A DNA stretch of 64,000 nucleotides from Candidatus Methanomethylicia archaeon (GTDB lineage: Archaea; Thermoproteota; Methanomethylicia; CALHIW01). The notes under the pieces are model-generated. The model was not told where the DNA came from. It saw only the letters and a program-made list of their open reading frames with translations, and made no database searches. Every line of letters starts with the position of its first letter. Position 1 is the first letter of the stretch. Positions 40,440 to 51,062 of this stretch are shown here, in pieces. Made by a program: the position numbers and the translations under genes. The stretch is taken from assembly GCA_038845975.1 (NCBI GenBank), contig JAWBQF010000004.1:64001-128000 (forward strand). Reading direction: 5' to 3'.

Positions 40440-40868
40440 TTAAATCGGTGTAAACTCATAGGTTAATGCTCCTTCCTGAGATATCTTAGCCTTTAGTTTA
40501 ACTTTCATTCCGACCTTTATATCTTCTATTAACGCACCTGTAAGCCATGCTAAAACCCTTACACCATCCTTAAGTTTAGCTATAGCTATAGTATAGGGCT
40601 CATACTCCTGGAATGATTGGGGCTTAACTACAACATGAGTAAATGTTTCAATTTCTCCTTCACTACTTATTGGTATCCATTCAATATCTGAGGAGTAACA
40701 GTTTGGACAGTCTGCTACTGGTGGAAAGTTTAGTGTTCCACAATTCTTACACTTTGTTGCAAGCACTTTACCCTCTTTAAGTCCATCCCAAAACTGCTTA
40801 ATCCTACTTATTGGAATATCATAGCTTAAACTCATAGGTCTAGACTTTAGAGTTGGCATGGTTGACAT
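40440..40868 (-). CDS. DUF35 Zn-ribbon/OB-fold protein, thiolase partner
   Basis: KCKNCG..FPP..DCPNC, GEIETFT, adjacency to the thiolase. Confidence 0.88.
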   Translation of the reverse strand: MSTMPTLKSRPMSLSYDIPISRIKQFWDGLKEGKVLATKCKNCGTLNFPPVADCPNCYSSDIEWIPISSEGEIETFTHVVVKPQSFQEYEPYTIAIAKLKDGVRVLAWLTGALIEDIKVGMKVKLKAKISQEGALTYEFTPI

Positions 40869-40873
40869 AGTAG

Positions 40874-42052
40874 TTACCTCCTCAATATAGTTACATAGCA
40901 GTAATGTCCAGTTCCACCTACATTATGAGCTAAGGCTATATACTTTCTAAACGTTACTTGTCTTGATCTTTCAATAGCTTCCCCTCTTAACTGTTTTGTT
41001 AATTCAGCAATCATTGAAGTACCTGTTGCACCTATTGGATGGCCTTTTGCCTTAAGTCCTCCATCAATATTTACCGGTATTTTACCATTAACTTCAACCT
41101 CCCCCTCCCTAATCAGCTTTACACCTTCACCTTTCTTACAGAATCCAAGATCTTCATAGGCCATAAGCTCAGCTATTGTAAAGCAGTCATGAACGCTTGC
41201 TAACTCTATATCTTTAGGTTCAATATTAGCCATTCTATAAGCCATCTGGGATGCTTTAACTGTAGGATATAGTCCAACATAGCTAGATCTCTTACTTAGA
41301 TTAATAGTACCTGATGAGTATCCTAATCCAGCAATCCATATTGGAGTATCTATCTTAAACTCTCTAACCCTATCCTCTGATGCTAATACAATAGTAGCAG
41401 AACCATCAGTTATAGGACAGCAATCATAGAGTTTAAGAGGCCAAGCAATAACCATTGATGATAAAACATCATCTATAGTTATGGGCTTTCTAAATTGAGC
41501 ATTAGGATTCATAGCTGCATACTTATGGTTTTTAACAGCTATTAATGCTAAATCCTCCTCTGTTGTTCCATACTTAGCCATATGAGCAGTTGCATGTAAT
41601 GCATAGTATGCTGGAAACGTTACACCAAAGTTATGGAACTCCCATAAGTAACATCCAGCTCTACCCATAAGTTCAATAGCAGTTATAGTATCAACCTCCC
41701 TCATCTTCTCAACACCAACAACAAGAGCTACATCAATCTGACCACTTGCAATAGCTGAATATGCAGTAAAAAACGCAGCACTACCAGTTGCACAGGCAGC
41801 TTCAGTTCTAAGTAAACCCACACCTGATAAACCACAATACTCAGCTATACTTACTGCTGGTAACGGCTCCTCATACCAGACCCCAATAGATCCTAAAACC
41901 ATAAGCTCAATATCTCTCTTATCAACTCCAGCATCCTCAATTGCAGGCTTAATAGATTCAAATGCAAGCTCATTAACATTTACATCCTGTCTAACTCCAA
42001 ACTTTGAATGGCCAACACCGATAATTGCAACACGTCTAAACATTAAAATCAC
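40874..42052 (-). CDS. Archaeal/SCP-x-type thiolase (acetyl-CoA acetyltransferase)
   Basis: EAACATG, CCPITDG, HDCFT, GGLKAKGHPIGATG, HNVGG. Confidence 0.92.
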   Translation of the reverse strand: MILMFRRVAIIGVGHSKFGVRQDVNVNELAFESIKPAIEDAGVDKRDIELMVLGSIGVWYEEPLPAVSIAEYCGLSGVGLLRTEAACATGSAAFFTAYSAIASGQIDVALVVGVEKMREVDTITAIELMGRAGCYLWEFHNFGVTFPAYYALHATAHMAKYGTTEEDLALIAVKNHKYAAMNPNAQFRKPITIDDVLSSMVIAWPLKLYDCCPITDGSATIVLASEDRVREFKIDTPIWIAGLGYSSGTINLSKRSSYVGLYPTVKASQMAYRMANIEPKDIELASVHDCFTIAELMAYEDLGFCKKGEGVKLIREGEVEVNGKIPVNIDGGLKAKGHPIGATGTSMIAELTKQLRGEAIERSRQVTFRKYIALAHNVGGTGHYCYVTILRR

Positions 42053-42240
42053 AATTTAAGACTCTATACATTCTTATATTCTTTATGTTAAATCAAGACT
42101 TTAAAGATTGTTAGAAGGATAAAATAGGAGTTTTCAAGGAGTTGCTTTATGATAAATAGCCGTATAGCTACTATTTATTCGTGAAATCCATTGCTATTTC
42201 CTTAATTCCTAAGGGAAAATCGATGAAGTCTAAATTAATA

Positions 42241-42732
42241 CTATCTGGGAGTATTAGATTGAATGTTTAATTGCCTTCCTTCTGTATCTATCTCTCCCTT
42301 TCTAATTCTTGTTGAGGAAATTGGTTTACCGTTTTCTGCTTTAACTAGTTTAATAACTATTATATCTAGTTTTTTAAGTCCTTTCTTTTCTCTGATTTCA
42401 TTTATTTCTAAAGCTCTTCTCTCTGTTTCTTCACTTACAATTATAGCATCTAGATCAGGTATGCTTACTGCTGGTCCAAACACATCACTTATCGGTACTA
42501 TTTCTACTCTATCTAACCATCCTTTAGCTGCTAGAAAATCTCTAATTTTTCTCTCTCTCTCTTCATAGCTCTCAATTAAGTTATGGTATTCCTTATTTTT
42601 TATTAAATGTTCATCAGCTAGCCCTATTAACACCTTATCTCCAATAGTAAATGCTGTTTCAATTATTACTTTATGCCCTTTATGTAGATGATTAAATGTA
42701 CCACCTAAACATACATAAGCATATTTCGACAT
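42241..42732 (-). CDS. coaD: Phosphopantetheine adenylyltransferase (archaeal type)
   Basis: GGTFNHLHKGH, FGPA, IVSEET, ISSTRIRKGEID. Confidence 0.9.
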   Translation of the reverse strand: MSKYAYVCLGGTFNHLHKGHKVIIETAFTIGDKVLIGLADEHLIKNKEYHNLIESYEERERKIRDFLAAKGWLDRVEIVPISDVFGPAVSIPDLDAIIVSEETERRALEINEIREKKGLKKLDIIVIKLVKAENGKPISSTRIRKGEIDTEGRQLNIQSNTPR

Positions 42733-43006
42733 ATAAGCAATAATTATCTACTTAAATATTAATCTTTTCAAGTAGTAAATACATTGCAGTATGTTAACAT
42801 TAAATGATCTTAATATATAATAGCTTCCTTTAATTTTATTTATAGAGTTATATTTCAAGATCTTTTAATTTTAGATATGAAGAGTTCTTGATTACATTAT
42901 ATTAATCCTTAAGAGTATTATTAAATATTAATGGTGAATAGGAAGAGTTTGGAGACTTATTTGGCAACATATTTAACCAACTTAAAAGATACAAATACTA
43001 GAAGTA

Positions 43007-43531
43007 TTATTTTCTTCTATATTGTTTAGGACTAAAACCTCTTCTAAGCAGAGCTTCTAATAGAAGGTAGCCAAGTATATTGATTGCTATAAATGAACCG
43101 ATGAAGATACTGATTAATCCTATCTCTATAGGAATATTGAAGATAAGAGATAAATATCCACCAACAATAAATGTTATTATAACTGTTTCTGCAAAACATC
43201 CTAGAATTCTACGTTTACGTGTTAAGCTACCTCTACATATATGGTAGGCTACTGTGCAGGCTATAAGGTTTGCAGCAGAACCACCAATAATATCTATAAC
43301 TCCTAATCCACCATAGAAGTTTGCAGCTAGACAGCCTATACATGTTCCAATAGCTACGGGCATGCCGAACATCATGGATAAAGGTAATAAAGCATCTGCA
43401 ATCCTTACCTGATAAACTCCAAAGCTTATCGGAGCTAAAGAAGTAACAATTACGGCGTAAAGCCCAGCAAAAACACCTGTATAAGCTATCTCTCTACCTC
43501 TAAACTTAAAAACTCCAACCATATGTAACAC
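43007..43531 (-). CDS. QueT-family ECF transporter S-component
   Basis: AGLYAV...APISFGVYQVRIADAL, GCLAAN, DIIGGS. Confidence 0.82.
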   Translation of the reverse strand: MLHMVGVFKFRGREIAYTGVFAGLYAVIVTSLAPISFGVYQVRIADALLPLSMMFGMPVAIGTCIGCLAANFYGGLGVIDIIGGSAANLIACTVAYHICRGSLTRKRRILGCFAETVIITFIVGGYLSLIFNIPIEIGLISIFIGSFIAINILGYLLLEALLRRGFSPKQYRRK

Positions 43532-44189
43532 AAAATAGAAAATATTTACACCTCTTAACTCTTACTAAAATCTCCTTGATTTAGTGATAGAGAATACCTG
43601 CTAACCGACTATTAGCCATATATATACTCCCATATCTAAATTCGAAGAATAGATAGAATACTTTGGATAAGCTAAATTGGTTAAATAGCTAAATCATAGG
43701 GAAGCTGGTAGTTATGATAATTACTGTTTAGGTTTTGAAGTAAATTTAGAAACATGGTAATGTTAAGTTTAACTAATTAGAGAATTCAAGATATATGTTG
43801 TTTAAGTATGATTATGATTTTGATGAAGATGTGTTGGGGAAATCACTAAGAAATTTAAGCAGAGAATTAGAGTATTCTTCAACCTAATAAAATCAAACTC
43901 CAATAAGCTATATTCTAGATGATAAAATACAATTAAATACTGGAATCTATTTACTAAGCTACTCATATCATCTACAACTATCTAAGAAGAAGTTAAATTG
44001 TCATACCTAGAAAAAGAAAGAGGAAGAAATAAATAGAGATGGAATGAAGAATAGACATAAAATAGGTCTACTTATTTCCTCCACCTAAATGTTATTAGAT
44101 TAAAGATAGGGATTATGAAAAACCTATATACCATAGAAATGTTTCGATTTCGCTCTAAATCTTCTCTACTCTTAAGTTTTAAAGAGAAT

Positions 44190-45683
44190 TTAAGTTTTAT
44201 TTTTAAGTTTTTCTCTTACATATGAAATTAATGGTAGAAGCCATGCAAGTATTGTTAGTATACTTAAAGCTGCTGCAATAGGTCTTGTAAAGAATGGAGC
44301 TACTTCCCCTCTAGTTTTAATTATGCTCATCATGAATTGACGTTCAAGTATAGGCTGTAAAACTATTCCTAAAACCATTGGAGCTGTTGGAAATCTGTTT
44401 TGTTCCATGAAGTATGCTATGATACCTAGTATAAGCATTAAAGCTACATCAAAGAGACTATTATTTATCGCGTAAGATCCAATAATACAGAATACAAGTA
44501 TTGCAGGCATTAATATGTTTCGTGGTATCTTTAAAAGTAGACTGCTTAATCTTATTGTAAGATAGCCGAATGGAAGCATGATTATATTAGCTAGTATGAA
44601 TATAGTGAATAATGCATATACGAGATCTGATTGCTGCTGAAATATTAATGGTCCAGGTCTAAGTCCCTTCATCATTAAAACACCTAGAACAATAGCAGTA
44701 ATAGAGTCCCCAGGTATTCCGAATACTAATGTAGGTATCCATGCACCTGCAAGTGAAGAATTGTTTGCAGACCCAGCATCAACAATAGCCTCAATACTAC
44801 CTTTACCGAACTTATCTTTCTCCCTGGAGAATTGTTTTGAAACACCATATGCAACCCATGCTGCAATATCTGCTCCAGCACCTGGTAATGCACCGATAAA
44901 TGTCCCTATCAATGATGATCTTACAAAGTTTATCTTATACTTTCTAAGTACAGATAAAACATCTCTAAGTATATATTTCACTCTTGTTTCAGCTATAGAT
45001 TCATAAACTTTTTCACTACTAACCTGTCTAATTATTTCAGGTATACCGAATATACCTATCATAGCAGGTATAAACGATACTCCGCCTAGAAGCTCAACAT
45101 TACCAAATGTAAATCTAGCAAATCCATATGTTTCATCTAAACCTATAGATGCCAGAAAGAGACCTAATAGAAGAGATAATGCACCTTTAATCGGTGAACC
45201 TGTTGAAACTGCTACAGCAGTACTTAACCCGAAGGCACACAGCCAGAAATACTCAATAGAGGTAAATGATGATGCAAACTCTGCAAGTGGAGGAGCAAAC
45301 AGTATTAACATCAATACACCAAAAAGCCCTGATAAAAATCCTCCAATTATAAGGTCAATACCTAAAACAAGTCCAGCCTTACCCTGTTTTGCAAGCTCAT
45401 ATGAATCCTGAGTAAAAGCAGCTGATGCTGGTGTACCTGGTATTCTTATTAGTGTTGCAGGTATATCTCCCGCGAATATTGCTAATGCCGACATGGTTAT
45501 AATCATAGCTAATCCTGGAAGAGGAGGAAGCCAAAATGTGAATGGGACAAGAAGAGCTGTAGCCATAGTAGCTGTAAGTCCGGGGATTGTTCCAATAAAA
45601 AGCCCATATAAAGCAGCAACTACAATAGCGAAAACAACTTCAGGATTTAAAATCATTGATAAAATTTGGAAAGCATCAATCAT
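44190..45683 (-). CDS. tctA: Tripartite tricarboxylate transporter permease TctA
   Basis: GTIPGLT, IPGTPAS, GALPGAG, GIPGD. Confidence 0.92.
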   Translation of the reverse strand: MIDAFQILSMILNPEVVFAIVVAALYGLFIGTIPGLTATMATALLVPFTFWLPPLPGLAMIITMSALAIFAGDIPATLIRIPGTPASAAFTQDSYELAKQGKAGLVLGIDLIIGGFLSGLFGVLMLILFAPPLAEFASSFTSIEYFWLCAFGLSTAVAVSTGSPIKGALSLLLGLFLASIGLDETYGFARFTFGNVELLGGVSFIPAMIGIFGIPEIIRQVSSEKVYESIAETRVKYILRDVLSVLRKYKINFVRSSLIGTFIGALPGAGADIAAWVAYGVSKQFSREKDKFGKGSIEAIVDAGSANNSSLAGAWIPTLVFGIPGDSITAIVLGVLMMKGLRPGPLIFQQQSDLVYALFTIFILANIIMLPFGYLTIRLSSLLLKIPRNILMPAILVFCIIGSYAINNSLFDVALMLILGIIAYFMEQNRFPTAPMVLGIVLQPILERQFMMSIIKTRGEVAPFFTRPIAAALSILTILAWLLPLISYVREKLKNKT

Positions 45684-46141
45684 CTAAACACACCCATAGG
45701 CAAATTAATCTTTAGTACAATACCGAATAGGAAATAGGTACCGAACGTGATTGATAATGTAATTATAATATTATGATAGATCGGTACCTTCATTAACATC
45801 ATAGTAACAAATAAGATAAGAAATATTGTTAATATATATCCTAAAACATTTACGAGATATATATATGCAATTACACCTAATATAATCGATATAGCATTAT
45901 AGAATCCACTACTCCTAAAAATATTTGAGAAACTAGGGAAATCGATTTTAAAATCCTTCTCTAATAATCCTTTAATAGTGAGAACTAATGCAAAAATAAT
46001 TATTAGTATTGAAACTATACGAGGGAAAAAATCGGGCCCGGGAAGTCCAGGCCCAGCTTTAGGATAATCTAGTGTATCATAGTATATACATGCTCCAAAC
46101 ACTATGAATACGATGCCGAATATTACATCCCTTATATTCAT
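45680..46141 (-). CDS. tctB: Tripartite tricarboxylate transporter TctB
   Basis: GPDFFP, four TM segments, LPMG end; lies between tctC and tctA. Confidence 0.85.
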   Translation of the reverse strand: MNIRDVIFGIVFIVFGACIYYDTLDYPKAGPGLPGPDFFPRIVSILIIIFALVLTIKGLLEKDFKIDFPSFSNIFRSSGFYNAISIILGVIAYIYLVNVLGYILTIFLILFVTMMLMKVPIYHNIIITLSITFGTYFLFGIVLKINLPMGVFR

Positions 46142-46144
46142 AGC

Positions 46145-47146
46145 TTATTTACCGTATGCTTCCTTTACTAGTTTACCTACTGATTCATAATCTTCAGCTA
46201 GGAATTTTGCGAAATCACTTGATCCCCTCCAAACCATTCCGAAACCATTAGTATTCATGAAGTCTTTAAACTCCTTTGAATCATATATCTTCTTCAACGC
46301 ATCCTCAAGAATCTTTACTATATAGTCAGGTGTACCTTTAGGAACTGCAAATCCTCTCCATGCTCCATAACTCCATTTCATTCCAAGCTCATTCAATGTC
46401 GGTATATTAGGCATTGCTGGATTCCTCTCATCAGCCATAACAGCTAAACATTTAACCTTTCCAGCATCAATTAATGGCTTAGCTTCAGGTAGACTACATG
46501 TAGTTATAGCAATTCCTCCAGCAACAACTTCCTGGAGTGCGGGCGCTGCACCTGTACTTGGAACCCAACGTACAGAGTTAGGGTCTAAACCGGCTGTTTT
46601 TAACCATCCTATCCTTGCTATATCCCATACTCCACCTAAAGCTGTACCTGAAGCTGTAAGTTCACCTGGATGCTTCCTAATATAGTCTAAAAGTTCATGT
46701 ACATTATTCCATGGAGCATCAGCTCTCACATTTATTGCTGCAGGATCAAAATTTATCTGTGCAATAGGTTTAAAATCAATATATGTAACATTAGCAAACC
46801 CCATCCATTTAAGCATACTTAACTCCCAAGTTATTATTGTAAGCGTATACCCATCTGGAGGAGCTGTTGCTCCGGCAGTATGTCCTACTGCACCTCCACC
46901 ACCAACTCTATTCTCAACGCTTACAGGTACTCCAAGCTCTTTTTCAAGTAGTGATGCTACCATTCTACTTATCCTATCAGTTCCACCTCCAGCAGCCCAT
47001 GGACATATTATCACAATAGGCTTAGATGGATACTTTGGAGGAGCGGTTACAGTAGAGTAGTACCAATAACCAGCAGCAATAGCAACGATAAGCAGTACAA
47101 CAATAACGGCAGCTATAGTGGACTTCGTTATAGCTAACCTATTCAC
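46145..47146 (-). CDS. tctC: Tripartite tricarboxylate transporter substrate-binding protein TctC (Bug family)
   Basis: YPSKPI.IICPWAAGGGTD, VENRVGGGGAVG, PPDGYT, PTLNELG, PKGTP. Confidence 0.92.
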   Translation of the reverse strand: MNRLAITKSTIAAVIVVLLIVAIAAGYWYYSTVTAPPKYPSKPIVIICPWAAGGGTDRISRMVASLLEKELGVPVSVENRVGGGGAVGHTAGATAPPDGYTLTIITWELSMLKWMGFANVTYIDFKPIAQINFDPAAINVRADAPWNNVHELLDYIRKHPGELTASGTALGGVWDIARIGWLKTAGLDPNSVRWVPSTGAAPALQEVVAGGIAITTCSLPEAKPLIDAGKVKCLAVMADERNPAMPNIPTLNELGMKWSYGAWRGFAVPKGTPDYIVKILEDALKKIYDSKEFKDFMNTNGFGMVWRGSSDFAKFLAEDYESVGKLVKEAYGK

Positions 47147-47502
47147 AAATAGTCACCATAATAATGAAAGATAGAAGTTTATATTTCTTTCGCTTTCACT
47201 GGAATTGCCTCTGTTAACTTAAGTAGAGTATTCTAGGTAGAACGTTTCTTTAAAGTAGAAGTAGTTATGACTTAGCAGTAATGATCTATTTTAATATTTA
47301 AGTATGACTAGGCTATAGTAGTACTTAACCATCCTACTATAAGCAGTAAACATATATTAAGATACTTCCACACAATCTAAACAAATAAGTATTGAGAATG
47401 TGTAGATGGAAAATCATTCACCATATTATTAAGAAGTAGAAATTAATAAATATGGCTTATAGGAACTAGGTGTTTAGTCTAAGTATTGGTAGTGAATAGG
47501 CT

Positions 47503-48378
47503 GTGAAGTTAGCTTATAGATTAGGAGTATTAAACCTGAAGACTTCAGGATACTTATCCGTAGCTATTGCTGCAGTTATTTGGGGTTCTAATGGAGTAAT
47601 TGTTAACTGGATTCCTCTTAATGCATATGTTATTGCTTTCTTCAGAGTATTATTTGCCAGTTTAAGCCTCTTACCTGTAGTGTTCCTAGTATGGAGGTTT
47701 GAAGCATTAAAGGCAGCTCAAGCCTGGCGAACTATGCTGACTTTAGGAGCATTATTGGGTTTAGGCTGGGGATTCCTCTTCTCATCAATGAAGCTAATCG
47801 CTATAGCTAATGCTGTTCTACTAAACTATATGGCACCAATCTTCACAGCCATACTTGCACCCATATTTTTAAAGGAGAAAATTGAAAGAAACACTATAGT
47901 AGCACTAGCTATATCTATGATGGGTGTTATGCTAATTTCATATCAAGATACTTTTCAAGGTAATCTAAATATTCTGGGAGTAGTATTTGGATTACTTGCT
48001 GGGTTTGCTTATGCTGGCTTTATCATTCTATCTAAGAAGGCTATGAATAGATTTCCCAGCTATATTGTAGCTTTCTACTCCTACCTAGCAACTATACCGT
48101 TCCTCATTCCCTTCCTAATAGGTATTGATCTATCCATGAATTTAACATCCTGGATTCTTCTAATAATACTAGGTAGCTTCAATACAGGTTTTGCTGTTAC
48201 ACTTTACCTCTATGGGCTTAGATTAATTAAAGCTCAGAAAGCTGTAATCTTCACATATTTAGAGCCTACAAGTGCTATGATTTTCGGCTTTATCTTCCTA
48301 GGTCAACAGCCAACATACATCATGCTTACTGGCGGCTTCCTAATTCTTCTCGCAGGATACATTGTAGCCTCAAAATAG
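47503..48378 (+). CDS. EamA/DMT family transporter
   Basis: IWGS, LNYMAPIF...LKEK, YLEP; about ten TM segments in two repeats. Confidence 0.88.
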   Translation: MKLAYRLGVLNLKTSGYLSVAIAAVIWGSNGVIVNWIPLNAYVIAFFRVLFASLSLLPVVFLVWRFEALKAAQAWRTMLTLGALLGLGWGFLFSSMKLIAIANAVLLNYMAPIFTAILAPIFLKEKIERNTIVALAISMMGVMLISYQDTFQGNLNILGVVFGLLAGFAYAGFIILSKKAMNRFPSYIVAFYSYLATIPFLIPFLIGIDLSMNLTSWILLIILGSFNTGFAVTLYLYGLRLIKAQKAVIFTYLEPTSAMIFGFIFLGQQPTYIMLTGGFLILLAGYIVASK

Positions 48379-48922
48379 ATATTATAAGTTAATGGCTAAA
48401 TAGAATTAAACTAACCGGTTAGACGTAAAGCCCACTATAAACTGGTTCTTAATAGTTTTAGCCAATCTATTTTATACTTAGAAAGTGTCCCCTATCAATA
48501 TCCTGAACTATCTAATCTAAAGACAACTAAGAGTATTAATCTTTAATTTTACTTAAGCATCATCCTCCTATACATCAGATTACTCCATAAAATAATAAAT
48601 GAAATAGACTATTCTTCTACATCTCAATAGTGTTTACTCTCTTAAAGAAGCCATAACTACTAATTATATCAACATAGGGTAAGAATACCTCTAAATAAAA
48701 CCCTTAAAGTTAACAGGGTGCTTTTCATGTCGATAAGAATTAATAGTATCTTCATAGTATATATGAGCTGAAGATGCTGTACTTAATTAGATACAGGTTC
48801 TAAAATGATAGCATGACTTATCTTCTATGCATGTGAAAGAGAGTTATCATCACATTAGTAAAGTTTAACTAGAATATTTTGTTAAGTATTTTAATGCTTC
48901 AGAGTATTATGATTGTGGAATT

Positions 48923-49771
48923 ATGGAGTATCAAAGGTTTCTAACTCGAGGCTTTAAGCCCTTTAATCCTTTAGAGTTAGCAAAGGAAACTGAGAAAATA
49001 GTAACTAGGGAGGGAAATGAAGGTTTAGAGAGGAAATATACAGATTTTTATTCTGTTCCTGTTTATAGAGGTATAGCTACTGGGTATGCTGTTGGATGTT
49101 GTTTAAGATGTATTTACTGCTGGAGTAATTGGTCTAGAGATTTTCCTGAAAGGTTTGGTAAGTTTTACTCTCCTAGACAAGCTGCTCAGAATTTATTTAA
49201 GGCAGCTGAGCAGGGAATAGTTTACTCTAATTATTGGAGGATACTTATCCCTAAAATTAGTAAGCTCCGCTTATCTGGATGTGAGCCTACTATTGGAAAA
49301 GAGCATTTATTAGCTGTTCTCAGCTTTGTTAAAGAATCAAAATATCCCCTTTTTATTTTGGAAACAAACGGAATAATTTTAGGAAATGATAGAGATTATG
49401 TTAGAAAACTTGCTGAATTTAAGGGTAAGCTCTACGTTAGAGTTTCTTTCAAAGCCGCTACTCCAGAAGGCTTTACTCAGAGAACTGGAGCAATGGGGGA
49501 ATTCTATGAATATCCCTTCAAAGCTTTAAAACATTTACTTGACGAGGGAATTTATGCAAGAGCAGCAGCAATGACTGATAGTAGAATAATGCCGAAAGAA
49601 GAGAGAGAAATCCTAATTCATATGCTTGATGAAATCGACCCAAAAGCAAACTATGCTAAAACTCTAGAGGAGGAAGTTATTGATGCATACGACACAACAA
49701 TGAAGAGATTAAAGGCCTTCAAAGATAGGGAATATGCAAGAAAGCTTATACAGGAATTCCTAGAGATATAA
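48923..49771 (+). CDS. Radical SAM protein of unknown function
   Basis: GCCLRCIYCWS (CxxxCxxC), RLSGCEP, LETNG, VRVSFK. Confidence 0.88.
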   Translation: MEYQRFLTRGFKPFNPLELAKETEKIVTREGNEGLERKYTDFYSVPVYRGIATGYAVGCCLRCIYCWSNWSRDFPERFGKFYSPRQAAQNLFKAAEQGIVYSNYWRILIPKISKLRLSGCEPTIGKEHLLAVLSFVKESKYPLFILETNGIILGNDRDYVRKLAEFKGKLYVRVSFKAATPEGFTQRTGAMGEFYEYPFKALKHLLDEGIYARAAAMTDSRIMPKEEREILIHMLDEIDPKANYAKTLEEEVIDAYDTTMKRLKAFKDREYARKLIQEFLEI

Positions 49772-50150
49772 GCAAACATTCCTAATGCGATAGCCCTTAC
49801 AGTTGGAGGCTTACTTGATGCAAAGTTCAGGTAATTTATGACTAAGATAAAAATTATAGCTTTCCTCTCCTCCTCACCTAATTTAAAATCCTGAAGAAAC
49901 CTTCAAGATTAGGCATTATCTCCTCTACGAACATTTATAGAACTGTGTAAAATATCCCAAAGCTAATACGTGTTATACTGGAGAGGAAAGGTGAATAGTT
50001 AATAGATTAAACAAGATTTCTTTCTTTAATGTTTTATCTTCCATCAATGATTTTAAAATCATCTTTACCTCATTTTACTAAGTTTATTTTACATTAGAAA
50101 ACTCTTACACAATATTTTTATGATAAGAATACTAATAACTCTGAGGGAAG

Positions 50151-50816
50151 TTGCCGGAAGAAATACCGTGGCCTTTCAGTAGGCTTTATGATAGATATGT
50201 TAATCGAGTATTCGTTAAGTGGTTTAAGCAGATAGCAAGTGAAATTAGAGATAGCCATATATCAGGAACTATTCTTGATATAGGTACTGGTCCTGGACGT
50301 TTACCTATAGAAATAGTTAAGCAGGTACCTAATGTTAAAGTGATTGGAATCGATATTTCAAAGAGTATGATTAAGATTGCGAGAAAGAATGCAGAGAAGG
50401 AGGGAATTGATAAAGTTGAGTTCAGAATTGGAAGTGCTTATAATACTGGTTTTAAGGATTTATCTGTAGACTTGGTTTTAAGTACAGGGTTAATTCACCA
50501 TTTAAAAGAAGCTGTTAAAGCTTTTAACGAAATATATAGAATCCTAAAGTATAAAGGAGAAGCCTGGATTTATGATGGACGTAGAGATGCTACAAAAATT
50601 GAAATTGAGGAAACTATTCGAAGTATGGATATGGAGAAGGATCTCCCACTACCCTTATGGATAATAGAGAGAATTTGGCCCTACATGCATATAGGATGTA
50701 AAACAGATGTTTACATTACTGGTAAAATTGGAGAAGCTCTCAGGAAAAGCTTGTTTAAAAGCTATAACATTGATAAGAAAGGAGCCTACATAAAGATCAC
50801 GCTAAAGAAAACCTAA
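50151..50816 (+). CDS. Class I SAM-dependent methyltransferase
   Basis: ILDIGTGPG, GIDIS, IHH, EIYRILK. Confidence 0.88.
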   Translation: MPEEIPWPFSRLYDRYVNRVFVKWFKQIASEIRDSHISGTILDIGTGPGRLPIEIVKQVPNVKVIGIDISKSMIKIARKNAEKEGIDKVEFRIGSAYNTGFKDLSVDLVLSTGLIHHLKEAVKAFNEIYRILKYKGEAWIYDGRRDATKIEIEETIRSMDMEKDLPLPLWIIERIWPYMHIGCKTDVYITGKIGEALRKSLFKSYNIDKKGAYIKITLKKT

Positions 50817-51062
50817 AATCACTGAAATTATTAGAAACCAGTAATCTATTCTCCCATAGCTTTTATCCTTAATGTTCTAGTGTAAATTTAGAATTGGTTA
50901 GGGAAACTGTTAAGAAGAAGCTTCTGAACTTTAAGAGTAGATTTTAAAGATATTATAGTTAAGTTGATAGAACATAGCTTAAATAGTGAAAATATTTATG
51001 GGGAGATAGATAATTAATTTTAAACATAATTTCTGCTAATAGATTTATAATCCTCAATTAAA

